64,000 nucleotides of DNA from Desulfuromonadales bacterium (GTDB lineage Bacteria > Desulfobacterota > Desulfuromonadia > Desulfuromonadales > Geopsychrobacteraceae), in contig JAFGEL010000062.1 in assembly GCA_016931615.1 (NCBI GenBank), forward strand, positions 25,837 to 89,836, written 5' to 3'. Shown piece by piece: positions 19,720-30,310 of the stretch (within the stretch, counting starts at the first letter, position 1; each line of letters begins with the position of its first letter). A program made the position numbers and the translations under genes. A model generated the notes under the pieces. The model had not been told where the DNA came from, did no database searches, and saw only the letters and a program-made list of their open reading frames with translations.

Positions 19720-22377
19720 ATGAGCAAAGATTTACCGAAAGGTTATGAACCGACTCAGGTTGAGCAGAAATGGTTTCGCACCTGGGAGCAGCAAGGTGCT
19801 TTCCATGCCGATGAGCTTTCTTCAAAGCCTCACTATTCCATAGTCATCCCGCCACCGAACGTGACCGGCGTGTTGCATATGGGGCACGCCCTGAATAACA
19901 CCCTGCAGGATATTCTCTGCCGCTGGAAGCGCATGTGCGGCTACGAAGTTCTGTGGATGCCCGGAACGGATCATGCGGGAATCGCGACTCAGAACGTCGT
20001 GGAAAAACAGTTGGCGGCCGAAGGTCAGGATCGTCACGATGTCGGCCGCGATGCTTTCATCGAACGCGTCTGGCAGTGGCGCGAAGAGTCTGGCGGGCAG
20101 ATTATCAATCAGCTCAAGCGCCTGGGTGCCTCCTGTGATTGGGAGCGGGAGCGCTTTACCATGGATGAAGGTCTCTCCCGGGCCGTGCGTCAGGTGTTTG
20201 TGAAACTCTACGAAGACGGTCTGATTTACCGCGATAACCGTCTGATCAACTGGTGCCCCCGATGTCACACGGCCCTGTCGGACCTTGAGGTTGAACACGA
20301 TGACAAACAGGGGCACCTCTGGCATCTCCGTTACCCGGTTGTCGGCTGTGATCGCTCCCTGGTTGTTGCCACGACCCGTCCGGAAACGATGCTCGGCGAC
20401 ACGGCTGTAGCTGTTCATCCCGATGATGAGCGGTATCAGAATCTGATCGGTCAAAAAGTGCTGCTGCCGCTGGTGAATCGCGAAATTCCGATTATCGCCG
20501 ACGATTATGTCGATAAGGATTTCGGCAGCGGCGCGGTTAAGATCACTCCGGCTCACGATTTCAACGATTTTGAAATCGGTAAGCGGCATGACCTGGAATT
20601 TATCAATGTTCTCGATGAGTCGGGTTTTGTCAATGAAAACGGCGGTCCCTATGCCGGGATGGAAAGAGGTAAAGCTCGCGCCAGGGTTGTGGCTGATCTT
20701 GAGATTCAGGGTTTGCTGGAAAAAATCGAGGACTATGCCAATGCTGTCGGTGAATGTTATCGCTGCAAAACCATCATCGAACCCTACATGAGCAAGCAGT
20801 GGTATGTCGCCGTCAAGCCCCTGGCCGCTGAAGCGATCAAGGCGGTCGAAACGGGACGCACCAAGATACTGCCGCAACAGTGGGAAAAAACCTACTTTGA
20901 ATGGATGTACAATATTCAGGACTGGTGCATCAGTCGGCAGATCTGGTGGGGGCACCGGATTCCGGCCTGGTTCTGCGATGAATGCGGAGAAATATCGGTT
21001 GCTCTTGAAGATATCTCTTCCTGCGCACATTGCGGTAGTGCGAAAATTCATCAGGAAACGGATGTTCTTGATACCTGGTTTTCTTCGGCCCTGTGGCCGT
21101 TTTCCACCATGGGCTGGCCGGAAAAGACCGAAACTCTCAGCAAGTTTTACCCAACCAGCTGCCTTGTGACCGGTTTTGATATTCTGTTTTTCTGGGTGGC
21201 CAGAATGATGATGATGGGCATCAAGTTTATGGCTGATGTTCCCTTCAGCGAAGTTTATATCCATGCCCTGGTTCGTGATGCTCAGGGTCAGAAAATGAGC
21301 AAAAGCAAGGGGAATGTTATTGACCCCCTGACCATCATTGATGAATACGGTGCCGATGCTTTTCGTTTCACCCTCTGTGCCTTTGCCGCCATGGGACGGG
21401 ATATTAAATTATCGACGGAGAGGATTGGCGGCTATCGGAACTTTGTCAACAAGCTTTGGAACGCCAGTCGTTTTGCCCTGATGAATCTCGAGGATTTTGA
21501 TCCGACTCAATACCCACTGGAAAGTGCCGACCTGTCACTGGCCGACCAGTGGATCCTGGAGCGTTATGCTTTTGCCGCACGAGAAACCAACCGGGCGCTC
21601 AAGGATTATAAGTTTAATGACGCTGCGGGGGTCCTCTACTCTTTCACCTGGCATGAGTTCTGTGACTGGTACGTGGAGCTGAGCAAAGGTAACCTTTACG
21701 GAGATGATCCGGCGGCACGCCAACAGACGCAAGCCGTACTGTATATCGTTCTGGAAGGTCTGCTGCGGATGCTTCACCCGATTTTACCCTTCGTCACAGA
21801 AGAAATCTGGCAGGCTTTACCCGGTCGGCGCCAGGTTGAATCGATCATGCAGGCGGACTATCCTGCGGGGGCCATTCTAGACACTAATGCGGAGGATGTT
21901 GCTGCAATGGTTTGCGTGATGGATGTTATTCGCGCAATCCGTAATGTACGCGGCGAACTGGATCTGCCCCCAGGCAAGAAAATTAACGTCGTTCTCGACT
22001 GCAAATCAGCCGTCTCAGAGAACGCAGTACAGATGGGTAAAGACTATATCCTCTCACTGGCACGGGTCGACTCATTGACCTACGGTATCGGAATAGAGAG
22101 GCCGAAACAGTCTTCAACCCAGGTGGCCGGAGATGTCGAGGTGCTGATCCCTCTGGCTGGTCTGATTGATGTGGCCGAGGAGGAGAGCCGCCTGCTCAAG
22201 GAGGTTGCCAAGGTTCAGAAGGATGTTGACTTTTTCACCAAGAAGCTTGGCAATAAAAAATTCGTTGACAACGCCCCACCACAGGTTCTTGAAAAAGACC
22301 GCGGCAAGCTCTCTGCGGCCCAGGAGAAAAAGAGTATTCTGGAACAGAGTCTGAAGAAAATTCAATCACTCAAATGA
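19720..22377 (+). CDS. valS: valine--tRNA ligase
   Basis: The 885-aa protein has the class I HIGH motif (PNVTGVLHMGHAL) and the KMSKS motif (GQKMSKSKGN). A C-terminal coiled coil is present. Confidence 0.98.
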   Translation: MSKDLPKGYEPTQVEQKWFRTWEQQGAFHADELSSKPHYSIVIPPPNVTGVLHMGHALNNTLQDILCRWKRMCGYEVLWMPGTDHAGIATQNVVEKQLAAEGQDRHDVGRDAFIERVWQWREESGGQIINQLKRLGASCDWERERFTMDEGLSRAVRQVFVKLYEDGLIYRDNRLINWCPRCHTALSDLEVEHDDKQGHLWHLRYPVVGCDRSLVVATTRPETMLGDTAVAVHPDDERYQNLIGQKVLLPLVNREIPIIADDYVDKDFGSGAVKITPAHDFNDFEIGKRHDLEFINVLDESGFVNENGGPYAGMERGKARARVVADLEIQGLLEKIEDYANAVGECYRCKTIIEPYMSKQWYVAVKPLAAEAIKAVETGRTKILPQQWEKTYFEWMYNIQDWCISRQIWWGHRIPAWFCDECGEISVALEDISSCAHCGSAKIHQETDVLDTWFSSALWPFSTMGWPEKTETLSKFYPTSCLVTGFDILFFWVARMMMMGIKFMADVPFSEVYIHALVRDAQGQKMSKSKGNVIDPLTIIDEYGADAFRFTLCAFAAMGRDIKLSTERIGGYRNFVNKLWNASRFALMNLEDFDPTQYPLESADLSLADQWILERYAFAARETNRALKDYKFNDAAGVLYSFTWHEFCDWYVELSKGNLYGDDPAARQQTQAVLYIVLEGLLRMLHPILPFVTEEIWQALPGRRQVESIMQADYPAGAILDTNAEDVAAMVCVMDVIRAIRNVRGELDLPPGKKINVVLDCKSAVSENAVQMGKDYILSLARVDSLTYGIGIERPKQSSTQVAGDVEVLIPLAGLIDVAEEESRLLKEVAKVQKDVDFFTKKLGNKKFVDNAPPQVLEKDRGKLSAAQEKKSILEQSLKKIQSLK

Positions 22378-22384
22378 GTTGATG

Positions 22385-22419
22385 ATGACCGGAAGGGGAT
22401 GACTTTTCCGGTCATTTTT
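22385..22419 (+). terminator. rho-independent terminator after valS
   Basis: The stem ATGACCGGAA...TTCCGGTCAT is followed by TTTTT. Confidence 0.6.
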
Positions 22420-22766
22420 GTTCCTGCAAACCTTTATCGTTTCTGGCTTCTCCGGATGATTAGAATTTGCCTATCTGGAGTTTTTTTTGTTTAATTTTAT
22501 AACAATGTTTAGTATACAGTATACGATTTGTAATTTTTCCGTGGCCTGAATATCTCGGGTTCGGTTCAGTTTTAAATGACACCGAAAGGATGTCGATTAT
22601 GACCAGGAGGATAAAATACTGGCGTGGGCCACCAGGATACGCTGACAAGGCCCAATTTCAGGAAGAGAGAAGGGCGGGACCGGGGTGAGCCGGTTGATCT
22701 GGTGATTGAATTTGGGCAAAGTGCCCTGATTGACAATCAATTCACATTTTCGAGGGATATTTAACT

Positions 22767-23438
22767 ATGAATCTGTTTACAAGCACTGTAGGAAGAAAGA
22801 TTCTGATGGCGGTGACCGGTTTGTTGCTGATCGGCTTCATTACCGTCCATCTCCTGGGAAATCTGTCGATTTTCTGGGGAGCCGATGCAATCAACGCTTA
22901 TGCCAAGCATCTCCATGACCTTGGTCTGCTGGTCTGGGTCTTCAGGCTGGTGATGCTCTGCCTGTTCGCTATTCACATTACGTTTGGCGTTCAGCTTTAT
23001 CTGGAAAACCGGGCTGCCAACTCCGAGGATTACGCAATCCAAAAGACCCTTGTCACGACCTTTTCGGCAAAAACAATGGTTTTCACCGGTCTGATCATTC
23101 TGGCCTTTCTGCTTTACCACCTGCTGCATTTTACTGTTCAGGTGACCAATCCGGCTATCTCCGCAACGAATCTGCCTCTCGTTGACGGGCATCTGGATGT
23201 CTTCTCCATGGTTGTCCTGAGTTTCCAGAAGGTCTTCATTGCGGTCATTTACATCGTGGCCCTGATTGCCCTGTTCCTGCATCTGAGTCACGGGCTCCAG
23301 AGCTGGGTTCAGACCCTTGGCTGGAGTACAGGTCCGAGCCAGGATAAAGTTACTGCAGTTGGCAAGATTCTGGCTATCGTTTATGGCTTGGCTTATATCG
23401 CCATTCCATTGTTCATTCTCGCTCGCATTGTGAAATAG
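22767..23438 (+). CDS. sdhC: succinate dehydrogenase/fumarate reductase cytochrome b subunit (b558 family)
   Basis: The 223-aa polytopic membrane protein has conserved His in TM helices ([23 protein letters not shown]). It lies directly upstream of the flavoprotein and Fe-S subunits. Confidence 0.8.
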   Translation: MNLFTSTVGRKILMAVTGLLLIGFITVHLLGNLSIFWGADAINAYAKHLHDLGLLVWVFRLVMLCLFAIHITFGVQLYLENRAANSEDYAIQKTLVTTFSAKTMVFTGLIILAFLLYHLLHFTVQVTNPAISATNLPLVDGHLDVFSMVVLSFQKVFIAVIYIVALIALFLHLSHGLQSWVQTLGWSTGPSQDKVTAVGKILAIVYGLAYIAIPLFILARIVK

Positions 23439-23448
23439 GGGGCTTATT

Positions 23449-25368
23449 GTGATTCTAGACGGAAAAGCACCTACAGGACCTATTGAGACTTCATGGGATC
23501 GCCATCGCTTCGACATGAAGCTGGTCAATCCATCCAATAAACGTAAATACAAAATTCTCGTCGTTGGTACCGGTCTGGCCGGGGGTGCCGCTGCTGCATC
23601 GCTAGGCGAACTCGGATACAATGTCGAGGCTTTCTGCTACCAGGACAGCCCACGCCGTGCTCACAGTATCGGTGCCCAGGGTGGTATCAACGCTGCAAAA
23701 AATTATCCCAGCGACGGTGACAGTATTTACCGGTTGTTCTATGACACGGTCAAGGGGGGCGATTTCCGTTCCCGTGAAGCAGACGTCTGGCGTCTGGCTC
23801 AGGTGTCGAACAATATCATCGATCAGTGTGTGGCCCAGGGAGTTCCTTTCGCGCGTGATTATGCCGGTTATCTCGACAACCGTTCCTTCGGCGGTGCTCA
23901 GGTTTCGCGGACGTTTTATGCGCGTGGCCAGACCGGTCAGCAGTTGCTGCTCGGCGCCTATTCGGCCCTCTCACGTCAGATCAAAAACGGTTCGGTCAAG
24001 ATGTTTGCCCGCCGCGAAATGCTTGATCTGGTCGTGGTTGACGGCGTGGCAAAAGGGATCACCTGCCGTAACCTGTTGACCGGTGAGATCGAATCTTACT
24101 GGGGCGATGCGGTCATTCTTGCTTCCGGCGGCTATGTCAACGTTTTCTACCTGTCGACTAATGCCATGGGCAGCTCGGTTACCGCGATCTGGAAAGCAAC
24201 CAAAAAGGGCGCCTACATGGCCAACCCCTGCTACACCCAGATTCACCCGACCTGTATTCCGGTTCACGGTACTCATCAGTCCAAACTGACCCTGATGTCC
24301 GAGTCATTGCGTAACGATGGTCGGATCTGGGTTCCCAAGGATGCGGCGAATTGCGAAAAACATCCGAATGATATTCCGGACGAAGATCGTGATTACTATC
24401 TCGAGCGTAAATATCCTTCGTTCGGTAACCTTGCTCCGCGTGATATCTCTTCACGTTCGGCTAAGGAAGCTTGTGACGATGGCCGCGGTGTCGGTGACGG
24501 CAAGCGTGGCGTCTACCTTGACTTTGCCGCCGCTATCAAACGTGTCGGTCAGAAAACCATTGAAGAGCGTTACGGTAACCTGTTTGAAATGTATGAGAAA
24601 ATTACCGACGAGAATGGTTATGAGCGTCCGATGCGGATTTACCCGGCACCTCACTACAACATGGGCGGCCTCTGGGTTGACTATGAGTGCCAAAGTAATA
24701 TTCCTGGACTGTTCGTTCTTGGTGAAGCCAACTTCTCGGTTCACGGTGCGAACCGCCTCGGTGCTTCGGCCCTGATGCAGGGTCTGGCTGATGGTTATTT
24801 CGTAATTCCTTACACCATCGCTCCCTATCTGGCCTCTCTCAAGAATCCGGGAGCTGTTAAAGAGGATCATCCCGAGTTCAAGAAGTCTGCCGAAGAGGTC
24901 GAGGCCCAGATGGACAGACTGCTGTCGATCAAGGGCAAGAAGACCGTCATGGACATCCACAGAGAACTCGGACATGTCATGTGGGAAAATGTCGGTATGG
25001 CCAGAAGCAAAGAGAGTCTGGAAGAAGCTCTTAAACGCATTCCGGAAATTCGCGATGAGTTCTGGAACAACGTCAATGTCCCCGGCGAGTCCAAGAGCAT
25101 TAACCAGCAGCTGGAGAATGCCTGGCGTTTGGCTGACTTCCTCGAGTTCGCTGAAATGATGACCTATGATGCGCTGAACCGTGAAGAGTCCTGTGGTGGT
25201 CACTTCCGGGTTGAGCACCAGACCGATGAAGGCGAAGCAATGCGCGACGATGAAAACTTTACCTACGTCGCCGCCTGGGAATTCAAGGGTGTTGGCAATA
25301 AGCCTGAGCTGCATAAAGAGCCTTTGAAGTTTGAAAACATCAAACTTGCCGTGAGGAGTTATAAATAA
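23449..25368 (+). CDS. sdhA: succinate dehydrogenase/fumarate reductase flavoprotein subunit
   Basis: It starts with GTG. The FAD fold is [15 protein letters not shown]. The covalent-FAD His region is [14 protein letters not shown], and the C-terminal motif is ESCGGHFR. Length is 639 aa. Confidence 0.94.
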   Translation: MILDGKAPTGPIETSWDRHRFDMKLVNPSNKRKYKILVVGTGLAGGAAAASLGELGYNVEAFCYQDSPRRAHSIGAQGGINAAKNYPSDGDSIYRLFYDTVKGGDFRSREADVWRLAQVSNNIIDQCVAQGVPFARDYAGYLDNRSFGGAQVSRTFYARGQTGQQLLLGAYSALSRQIKNGSVKMFARREMLDLVVVDGVAKGITCRNLLTGEIESYWGDAVILASGGYVNVFYLSTNAMGSSVTAIWKATKKGAYMANPCYTQIHPTCIPVHGTHQSKLTLMSESLRNDGRIWVPKDAANCEKHPNDIPDEDRDYYLERKYPSFGNLAPRDISSRSAKEACDDGRGVGDGKRGVYLDFAAAIKRVGQKTIEERYGNLFEMYEKITDENGYERPMRIYPAPHYNMGGLWVDYECQSNIPGLFVLGEANFSVHGANRLGASALMQGLADGYFVIPYTIAPYLASLKNPGAVKEDHPEFKKSAEEVEAQMDRLLSIKGKKTVMDIHRELGHVMWENVGMARSKESLEEALKRIPEIRDEFWNNVNVPGESKSINQQLENAWRLADFLEFAEMMTYDALNREESCGGHFRVEHQTDEGEAMRDDENFTYVAAWEFKGVGNKPELHKEPLKFENIKLAVRSYK

Positions 25369-26129
25369 TGAACCTTACATTGCATGTATGGCGCCAGAAG
25401 GGGCCACAGGATAAAGGAAAGCTGGTGACCTATCCGGCACCGAACGTCGACTCGGATATGTCATTTCTGGAAATGCTCGACGAAATCAATGACGAACTGA
25501 TCAGAAAAGGTGAAGATCCGATCGCCTTTGATCATGACTGCCGCGAAGGTATCTGCGGCATGTGTTCACAGGTCGTCAATGGCCGTCCTCACGGGCATCA
25601 GGAAAGAACCACGGTTTGTCAGCTGCATATGCGTCAATTCAATGATGGCGACGAGATCTTTGTTGAACCCTGGAGAGCGAAAGCTTTCCCGATTCAAAAA
25701 GACCTGATTGTTGACCGTTCATCCATGGACGTGATTATGCAGGCCGGTGGTTATGTCTCCTGCCACACCGGTGGTGTTCCGGACGGCAACACCTTCCCGA
25801 TTCCGAAGAAGGTTGCCGATTACGCTATGGACGCCGCCGAATGTATCGGTTGCGGCGCCTGTATTGCAGCCTGTCCGAACAGTTCGGCGATGCTCTTCAC
25901 CAGTGCCAAGGTTGCCCAACTCGCGGCATTGCCCCAGGGTAAACCTGAAGCCCGCAAGCGGGTTCAGGCTATGACCAAGGCTCTGCTGGATGAAGGTTTC
26001 GGTAACTGTACCAACCACTATGAATGCGAAGCGGCCTGTCCGAAAGGCATCAGCGTCAAATTCATTGCTAAGCTGAACCGTGAATATCTGAAGTCGATGA
26101 TTCCCAGTTCAACGGCTGAGCCGGTTTAG
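25368..26129 (+). CDS. sdhB: succinate dehydrogenase/fumarate reductase iron-sulfur subunit
   Basis: The 2Fe-2S motif is CREGICGMC. The 4Fe-4S/3Fe-4S motifs are [12 protein letters not shown] and [12 protein letters not shown]. The start overlaps the sdhA stop. Confidence 0.92.
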   Translation: MNLTLHVWRQKGPQDKGKLVTYPAPNVDSDMSFLEMLDEINDELIRKGEDPIAFDHDCREGICGMCSQVVNGRPHGHQERTTVCQLHMRQFNDGDEIFVEPWRAKAFPIQKDLIVDRSSMDVIMQAGGYVSCHTGGVPDGNTFPIPKKVADYAMDAAECIGCGACIAACPNSSAMLFTSAKVAQLAALPQGKPEARKRVQAMTKALLDEGFGNCTNHYECEAACPKGISVKFIAKLNREYLKSMIPSSTAEPV

Positions 26130-26158
26130 TCTCCGTATAATTATCAGTGTCGTATTAT

Positions 26159-26188
26159 GGGCGGATCTTTTGATCCGCCCTTTTTTTT
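26159..26188 (+). terminator. rho-independent terminator after sdhCAB
   Basis: The hairpin GGGCGGATC-TTTT-GATCCGCCC is followed by T8. Confidence 0.75.
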
Positions 26189-26251
26189 GATTCCTGATCA
26201 TAAGCGGATTAGACTACTATATACGTCATATAGGCTTTATTCATTCAAAGG

Positions 26252-27865
26252 TTGCCGCAGCCGAAATCCATTGCAATGATATCTTTGTCAAGTAAATCAA
26301 CTCTCCATGCTTCTCCTGCTGATCAGACGGCAATTGATTTTCTTCCCTTTGCTTTTGAACATCGTCAGGGCTTGTGCCTGGATCAACAGTATGATCATAT
26401 TCAGCAGTTCAAGCGGGGGATAATCAATCAGCTGGATATTTTGCGCCTCGTGCTTGAGGCTGCATCGGTAATTCTGCTCTGGGAAAATCTCCTTGAAGAA
26501 CATTTTGTCTGCTATGCCTGTTCTTCAGAAATTGAGGTCCTGAGTGGGCCCTTTCCTAAGGGGGCCGGCATATTGGGGGGATTGAAAAATCGAGATGAGT
26601 TGGTACTGCCCCTCTATAAGCTCAATAGTCCTTCCATACCCTATTATCGTGACAGTGCCCGGGTCAGAAGTTTTTATGCCTCAAAAATCAAGTCATTTGA
26701 TTATCAGTCAAATCCCTTGCCTGCACTTCTCTGCATCGATTTTGCTCAGGAAACACAATTCAACAGTTCACGGCGCGAGCTTCTGGCACGCTGTTGTGCG
26801 CAGATATATGCGGCTTATGATCAGACCTCAAATTATCTGTATGTCAATTACGAACGTCAAACGCTGCAGCAGGTTTTCAACAGCCTGCAAACGTTGAATG
26901 GTTCGCTTGATTCTGAATCCGTTTTCGCCGCTGTTGAGAAGGCCATCAGCTTTATCGTCAAAGCGGATCTGGTCATGATCGGATCTATTGTCGGCGGTAG
27001 GCTACGGCTGGATTATGTTTCGCTCGAAGAGCTTGGGGATCATGTCAAGCAACACTTCCCTCTCGAGGATTCAGTGACCGGCCAGGTCGTGAAATACAAA
27101 AGACCAATGCCTGATTCAGCTCGCCTGCCGCAAGGAGCCCAACTGATCAATGGACTTTACAGTTTGCCGGAATGTGGTTCTCAGGCAGTTTTTCCCCTTT
27201 TCCAGGACGAAGGACCGGTAACCGGGGTGCTTATCATAGCCACGTTCGAACCAAATCCCTTGCTCCGCAGTCGTCGTGAACTGTTGGAGATGGTTTGCAC
27301 TCAGCTGGTGATAAAGCTTGACTTGGCCGCAGCTCATGACAAGATCAACCGGATATCCATGCAGGACAGCCTGACCGGCGTTGCAAATCGTCGGGCCTTT
27401 GAGCGCGGACTTCAGGCAATGCATGAACGAATGTTGCGCTCGGGAACATCATATAGCTTGATTCTCTGTGATATCGATCACTTTAAGCAGGTGAACGACA
27501 GTTATGGCCATCCTTTTGGCGATCAGGTGATCATCCAGGTGGCGCAGCAGTTGAATAATGTGGTCAGGGCCGTTGATCTGGCTGCCCGTGTCGGTGGAGA
27601 AGAATTCGCGATTTTACTCGAAGGGACGGGCCGAAAAGGGGCCTATGAAGTTGCCGAGCGTTTGCGGGAAAATGTCGAGAAATTGCGATTACTGTTCGAA
27701 CAGAAGCCTGTCAAGGTGACGATCTCGATAGGAATTGCGACCTTTTCTGAAGATACGCAAGATCGTAATCGCCTGTTCGGCCGCGCAGATCAAGCATTGT
27801 ATCAGGCGAAGAATCAGGGGCGTAATTGCTCCGTGGCCTGGACTCCGGAGCTTGAAACCAGCTGA
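26252..27865 (+). CDS. GAF-domain diguanylate cyclase (GGDEF)
   Basis: The C-terminal GGDEF domain has an intact GGEEF active site and an RxxD I-site 5 aa upstream (RAVDLAARVGGEEF). The N-terminal ~350 aa is GAF-like. The start is TTG at 26252 or ATG at 26276. Confidence 0.85.
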   Translation: MPQPKSIAMISLSSKSTLHASPADQTAIDFLPFAFEHRQGLCLDQQYDHIQQFKRGIINQLDILRLVLEAASVILLWENLLEEHFVCYACSSEIEVLSGPFPKGAGILGGLKNRDELVLPLYKLNSPSIPYYRDSARVRSFYASKIKSFDYQSNPLPALLCIDFAQETQFNSSRRELLARCCAQIYAAYDQTSNYLYVNYERQTLQQVFNSLQTLNGSLDSESVFAAVEKAISFIVKADLVMIGSIVGGRLRLDYVSLEELGDHVKQHFPLEDSVTGQVVKYKRPMPDSARLPQGAQLINGLYSLPECGSQAVFPLFQDEGPVTGVLIIATFEPNPLLRSRRELLEMVCTQLVIKLDLAAAHDKINRISMQDSLTGVANRRAFERGLQAMHERMLRSGTSYSLILCDIDHFKQVNDSYGHPFGDQVIIQVAQQLNNVVRAVDLAARVGGEEFAILLEGTGRKGAYEVAERLRENVEKLRLLFEQKPVKVTISIGIATFSEDTQDRNRLFGRADQALYQAKNQGRNCSVAWTPELETS

Positions 27866-27869
27866 ACCC

Positions 27870-28466
27870 TCAGTTTTTCCTGAACAGGAGGGTCGCAAAT
27901 TCGTCAAGAAGACGGCTTTTAATCAATTCACAGCCCAGGCTGATATATTTTTTTTTAATATCGAAGTTGTATTCCCACAAAATCCCCGATAACAGGATGT
28001 AAGCACCGGATTGAGCTTTCTCAACCAGCGGCACAGCAACATCAAGCAGAATATCACCGTAAATGTTAGCCAGAATCAGGTCAAAATCCTCCTCATCCAG
28101 AGTCTCCAGCGTTGTGCACAGGTGATGAACCCGCTGATCAAGTCCGTTGAGGGCACAGTTACGCCGGCAACTGTTGACGGCTGTTTGATCGATATCGACA
28201 CACCAGGCTGAAGCAGGGCTCCCCAGAAGGCGTGCCGCTATGGTCAGAATGCCTGTGCCGCTACCGAGATCGAGGATTTTGCGGCAGTTTTTCAGAGAAA
28301 GGGTTTCCAGCAGTTCCAGGCAGCTTCTGGTGGTTTCATGTTCGCCGGACCCGAATGCTCCCCGTTCCATGACCAGGTTTAGACGGCCTGTCGTTTCCGT
28401 GGAGATGTCTGAAGGCTGAATCAGGAAACGTTCTCCGACTTCAAATGGTTTATAGTCTTCGCGCAC
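27870..28466 (-). CDS. PrmA-like SAM-dependent methyltransferase (short form)
   Basis: The motifs GSGEHETTRSCLELLE and ILDLGSGTGILTIAA match the ribosomal protein L11 methyltransferase family. At 198 aa it lacks the usual N-terminal domain. Confidence 0.6.
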   Translation of the reverse strand: MREDYKPFEVGERFLIQPSDISTETTGRLNLVMERGAFGSGEHETTRSCLELLETLSLKNCRKILDLGSGTGILTIAARLLGSPASAWCVDIDQTAVNSCRRNCALNGLDQRVHHLCTTLETLDEEDFDLILANIYGDILLDVAVPLVEKAQSGAYILLSGILWEYNFDIKKKYISLGCELIKSRLLDEFATLLFRKN

Positions 28467-28476
28467 GCTAAATGAC

Positions 28477-29421
28477 CTATAAAAGGCTGGTGGTCTTCAA
28501 TAAAATCAGCAGAACGGTGTAGGTCAGCGCTGAGAACAGCGTTGAAATCATGACGATTGATCCTGCTAATTCGGCATCTCCCTTCATTTGATGAGCCATA
28601 ATATAGGTTGCTGTAGCTGCAGGAGTTCCGGCCATGAGAATGCCGATTCCCAAGTCGCTGCCTCTGACTCCCATGGGATAGAGAAATATCACCGCCAACA
28701 GGGGTAACAGCAGCAGCTTGAGCGCGCTGGCGAGCCCTGCGAGTTTCAGGTCGCCTTTGATGCGTTTTAAAGAGAAGGATCCACCGATCGCCAGCAGGGC
28801 CAATGGCAGGGCCAGTCCCGCGGTGATATTGAGAGACCGGTCGATAATAATCGGAATCGGCAGTTTGAAGAAGCTCCAGACAATCCCCATAAACGAGGCG
28901 ATGATCAGTGGATTCAAAGCCAGTTGACCCAGCCAGCCGGGAATGTCCCCATCGTGATTGTTCCGGTGTGGAAGAATCAGTGCCAGGATCGCAAACAGGT
29001 TCAATACCGGGACCAGAAAACCCATCAGAATGCCGGCACTGGTTAAGCCCTCTTCGCCGTAGGCATTCAGGCAGATGGCAAGACCGATGTAGGCCAGGTT
29101 GCCGCGAAAAGATCCCTGGGAAAAGCTTCCCCGAATCGGTGCGGAAAACCCTTTTAACGCTCCATACGAGTAGGATAAGAAGAACCCTGCGACAATGACC
29201 AGGGATGAACCGATGACCAGAGGACCGTTAAAAAAACTGCTGAAATCGGCCGTACCGATTTTATAAAATAAGAGGATCGGTAGAAAAACGATATAAACCA
29301 ATTTGTTGGTCTGATGAAGAAACGTTTCGTCAAACAGCCTGAGCCTGTTGAGCCCGGCTCCCAGGGCGATGACCAGAAAAACCGGAAGAACTATAACGAT
29401 CGTATCTAAAAATAGGCGCAT
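28477..29421 (-). CDS. AEC (auxin efflux carrier) family transporter
   Basis: The 314-aa protein has ~10 TM segments. The N-terminus (MRLFLDTIVIVLPVFLVIALG) and the overall pattern are typical of the AEC/MleP family. Confidence 0.8.
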   Translation of the reverse strand: MRLFLDTIVIVLPVFLVIALGAGLNRLRLFDETFLHQTNKLVYIVFLPILLFYKIGTADFSSFFNGPLVIGSSLVIVAGFFLSYSYGALKGFSAPIRGSFSQGSFRGNLAYIGLAICLNAYGEEGLTSAGILMGFLVPVLNLFAILALILPHRNNHDGDIPGWLGQLALNPLIIASFMGIVWSFFKLPIPIIIDRSLNITAGLALPLALLAIGGSFSLKRIKGDLKLAGLASALKLLLLPLLAVIFLYPMGVRGSDLGIGILMAGTPAATATYIMAHQMKGDAELAGSIVMISTLFSALTYTVLLILLKTTSLL

Positions 29422-29722
29422 GGCATACTCCGAAGTTCGGGAAGAATAGCTCAGTTGTCACAGTCTGTCCATTTTTGTGATCACGACACGAAAAGTATTC
29501 TGACTCCGTTCGTCTGACTGAATCGCGACGCTACGGAAGTATTCCCCTGAGGTGATATAGACAGCTTAAAAGCGCTTCTGTAGAATATTCACCAATGATC
29601 AACGTAGATTTTCAGTCTTTCGGGCCGTAATGAATAACCTCAGCCTGCCTTTTTCCAAAGAAGTGTTCTGCCGGGATAGCAGATGAAACCGGTGGGTGAC
29701 TCAGGGGTAAATGGAGAGGGCC

Positions 29723-30294
29723 ATGACGCGGACGATTCTTGTCGTTGATAATGACTCCTCGCTGTGCAGAATCATGGAGTTCAACCTTCATCAGGCCGGT
29801 TATCAGGTTACTGTTGCCGGTGATGGCGCGGAAGGATTTATTCGTTTAAACGCCATCGCCCGCAAATGCAGTAATAATGTCCGAAATGGGTGGATATGAT
29901 TCGCTGAAAAAGGTTCTTGCCTTGAGCTGTAGATTGGTGCCTAAGGAACCTTCTCCGGCTTTTCCGCGTGAGTTGTCACCTGTCTCCAGAAATATGACAG
30001 GCCCGGGATTGTTCCTGAACTTGAAAATGTGGTTGGACAGATGCTAATTTTGAGGAGTTCCGATCGGTTGGACCTTGCCGATTTTCCCGAACGGATAGGA
30101 CTTTCGGCGACAACAACTGGTGGTGTGTTAACTCTCCCTGAATAGAGTGTTCTCTTGAAAACCTGAAGAAGGAGGCGGTTAGAGAAGCATACAGACGCTG
30201 TCATAGGAATAAAAGCAAGGCTGCGGGTTTTCTTAAAATACCGCGTCACAGCTTGCTCTACCGTCTTGAGAACTATGATATTCAACTGCAATAG
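29723..30294 (+). pseudogene. decayed sigma-54-dependent (NtrC-type) response regulator: REC fragment plus Fis-type HTH remnant, AAA+ core deleted
   Basis: The N-terminal fragment MTRTILVVDNDSSLCRIMEFNLHQAGYQVTVAGDGAEGF then loses frame. The rest of REC (MSEMGGYDSLKKVLAL) is in another frame. The C-terminal remnant LENLKKEAVREAYRRCHRNKSKAAGFLKIPRHSLLYRLENYDIQLQ* ends at 30294. The span is ~570 nt, whereas I expect roughly 1.3-1.4 kb for an intact gene of this family. Confidence 0.6.
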
Positions 30295-30310
30295 AGAGAT
30301 CTTCATACTG

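Noticed and set aside
19822-21264. A 480-aa ORF on the minus strand.
   Set aside because: It is entirely antisense to valS, whose translation has unmistakable HIGH/KMSKS motifs. The antisense product is low-complexity and matches no family, so it is a shadow ORF.
22761-23621. A 286-aa ORF on the minus strand spanning sdhC.
   Set aside because: It is antisense to the cytochrome b and flavoprotein genes, which are supported by operon context and motifs. This is a shadow ORF.
24451-25314. A 287-aa minus-strand ORF.
   Set aside because: It is antisense to sdhA. This is a shadow ORF.
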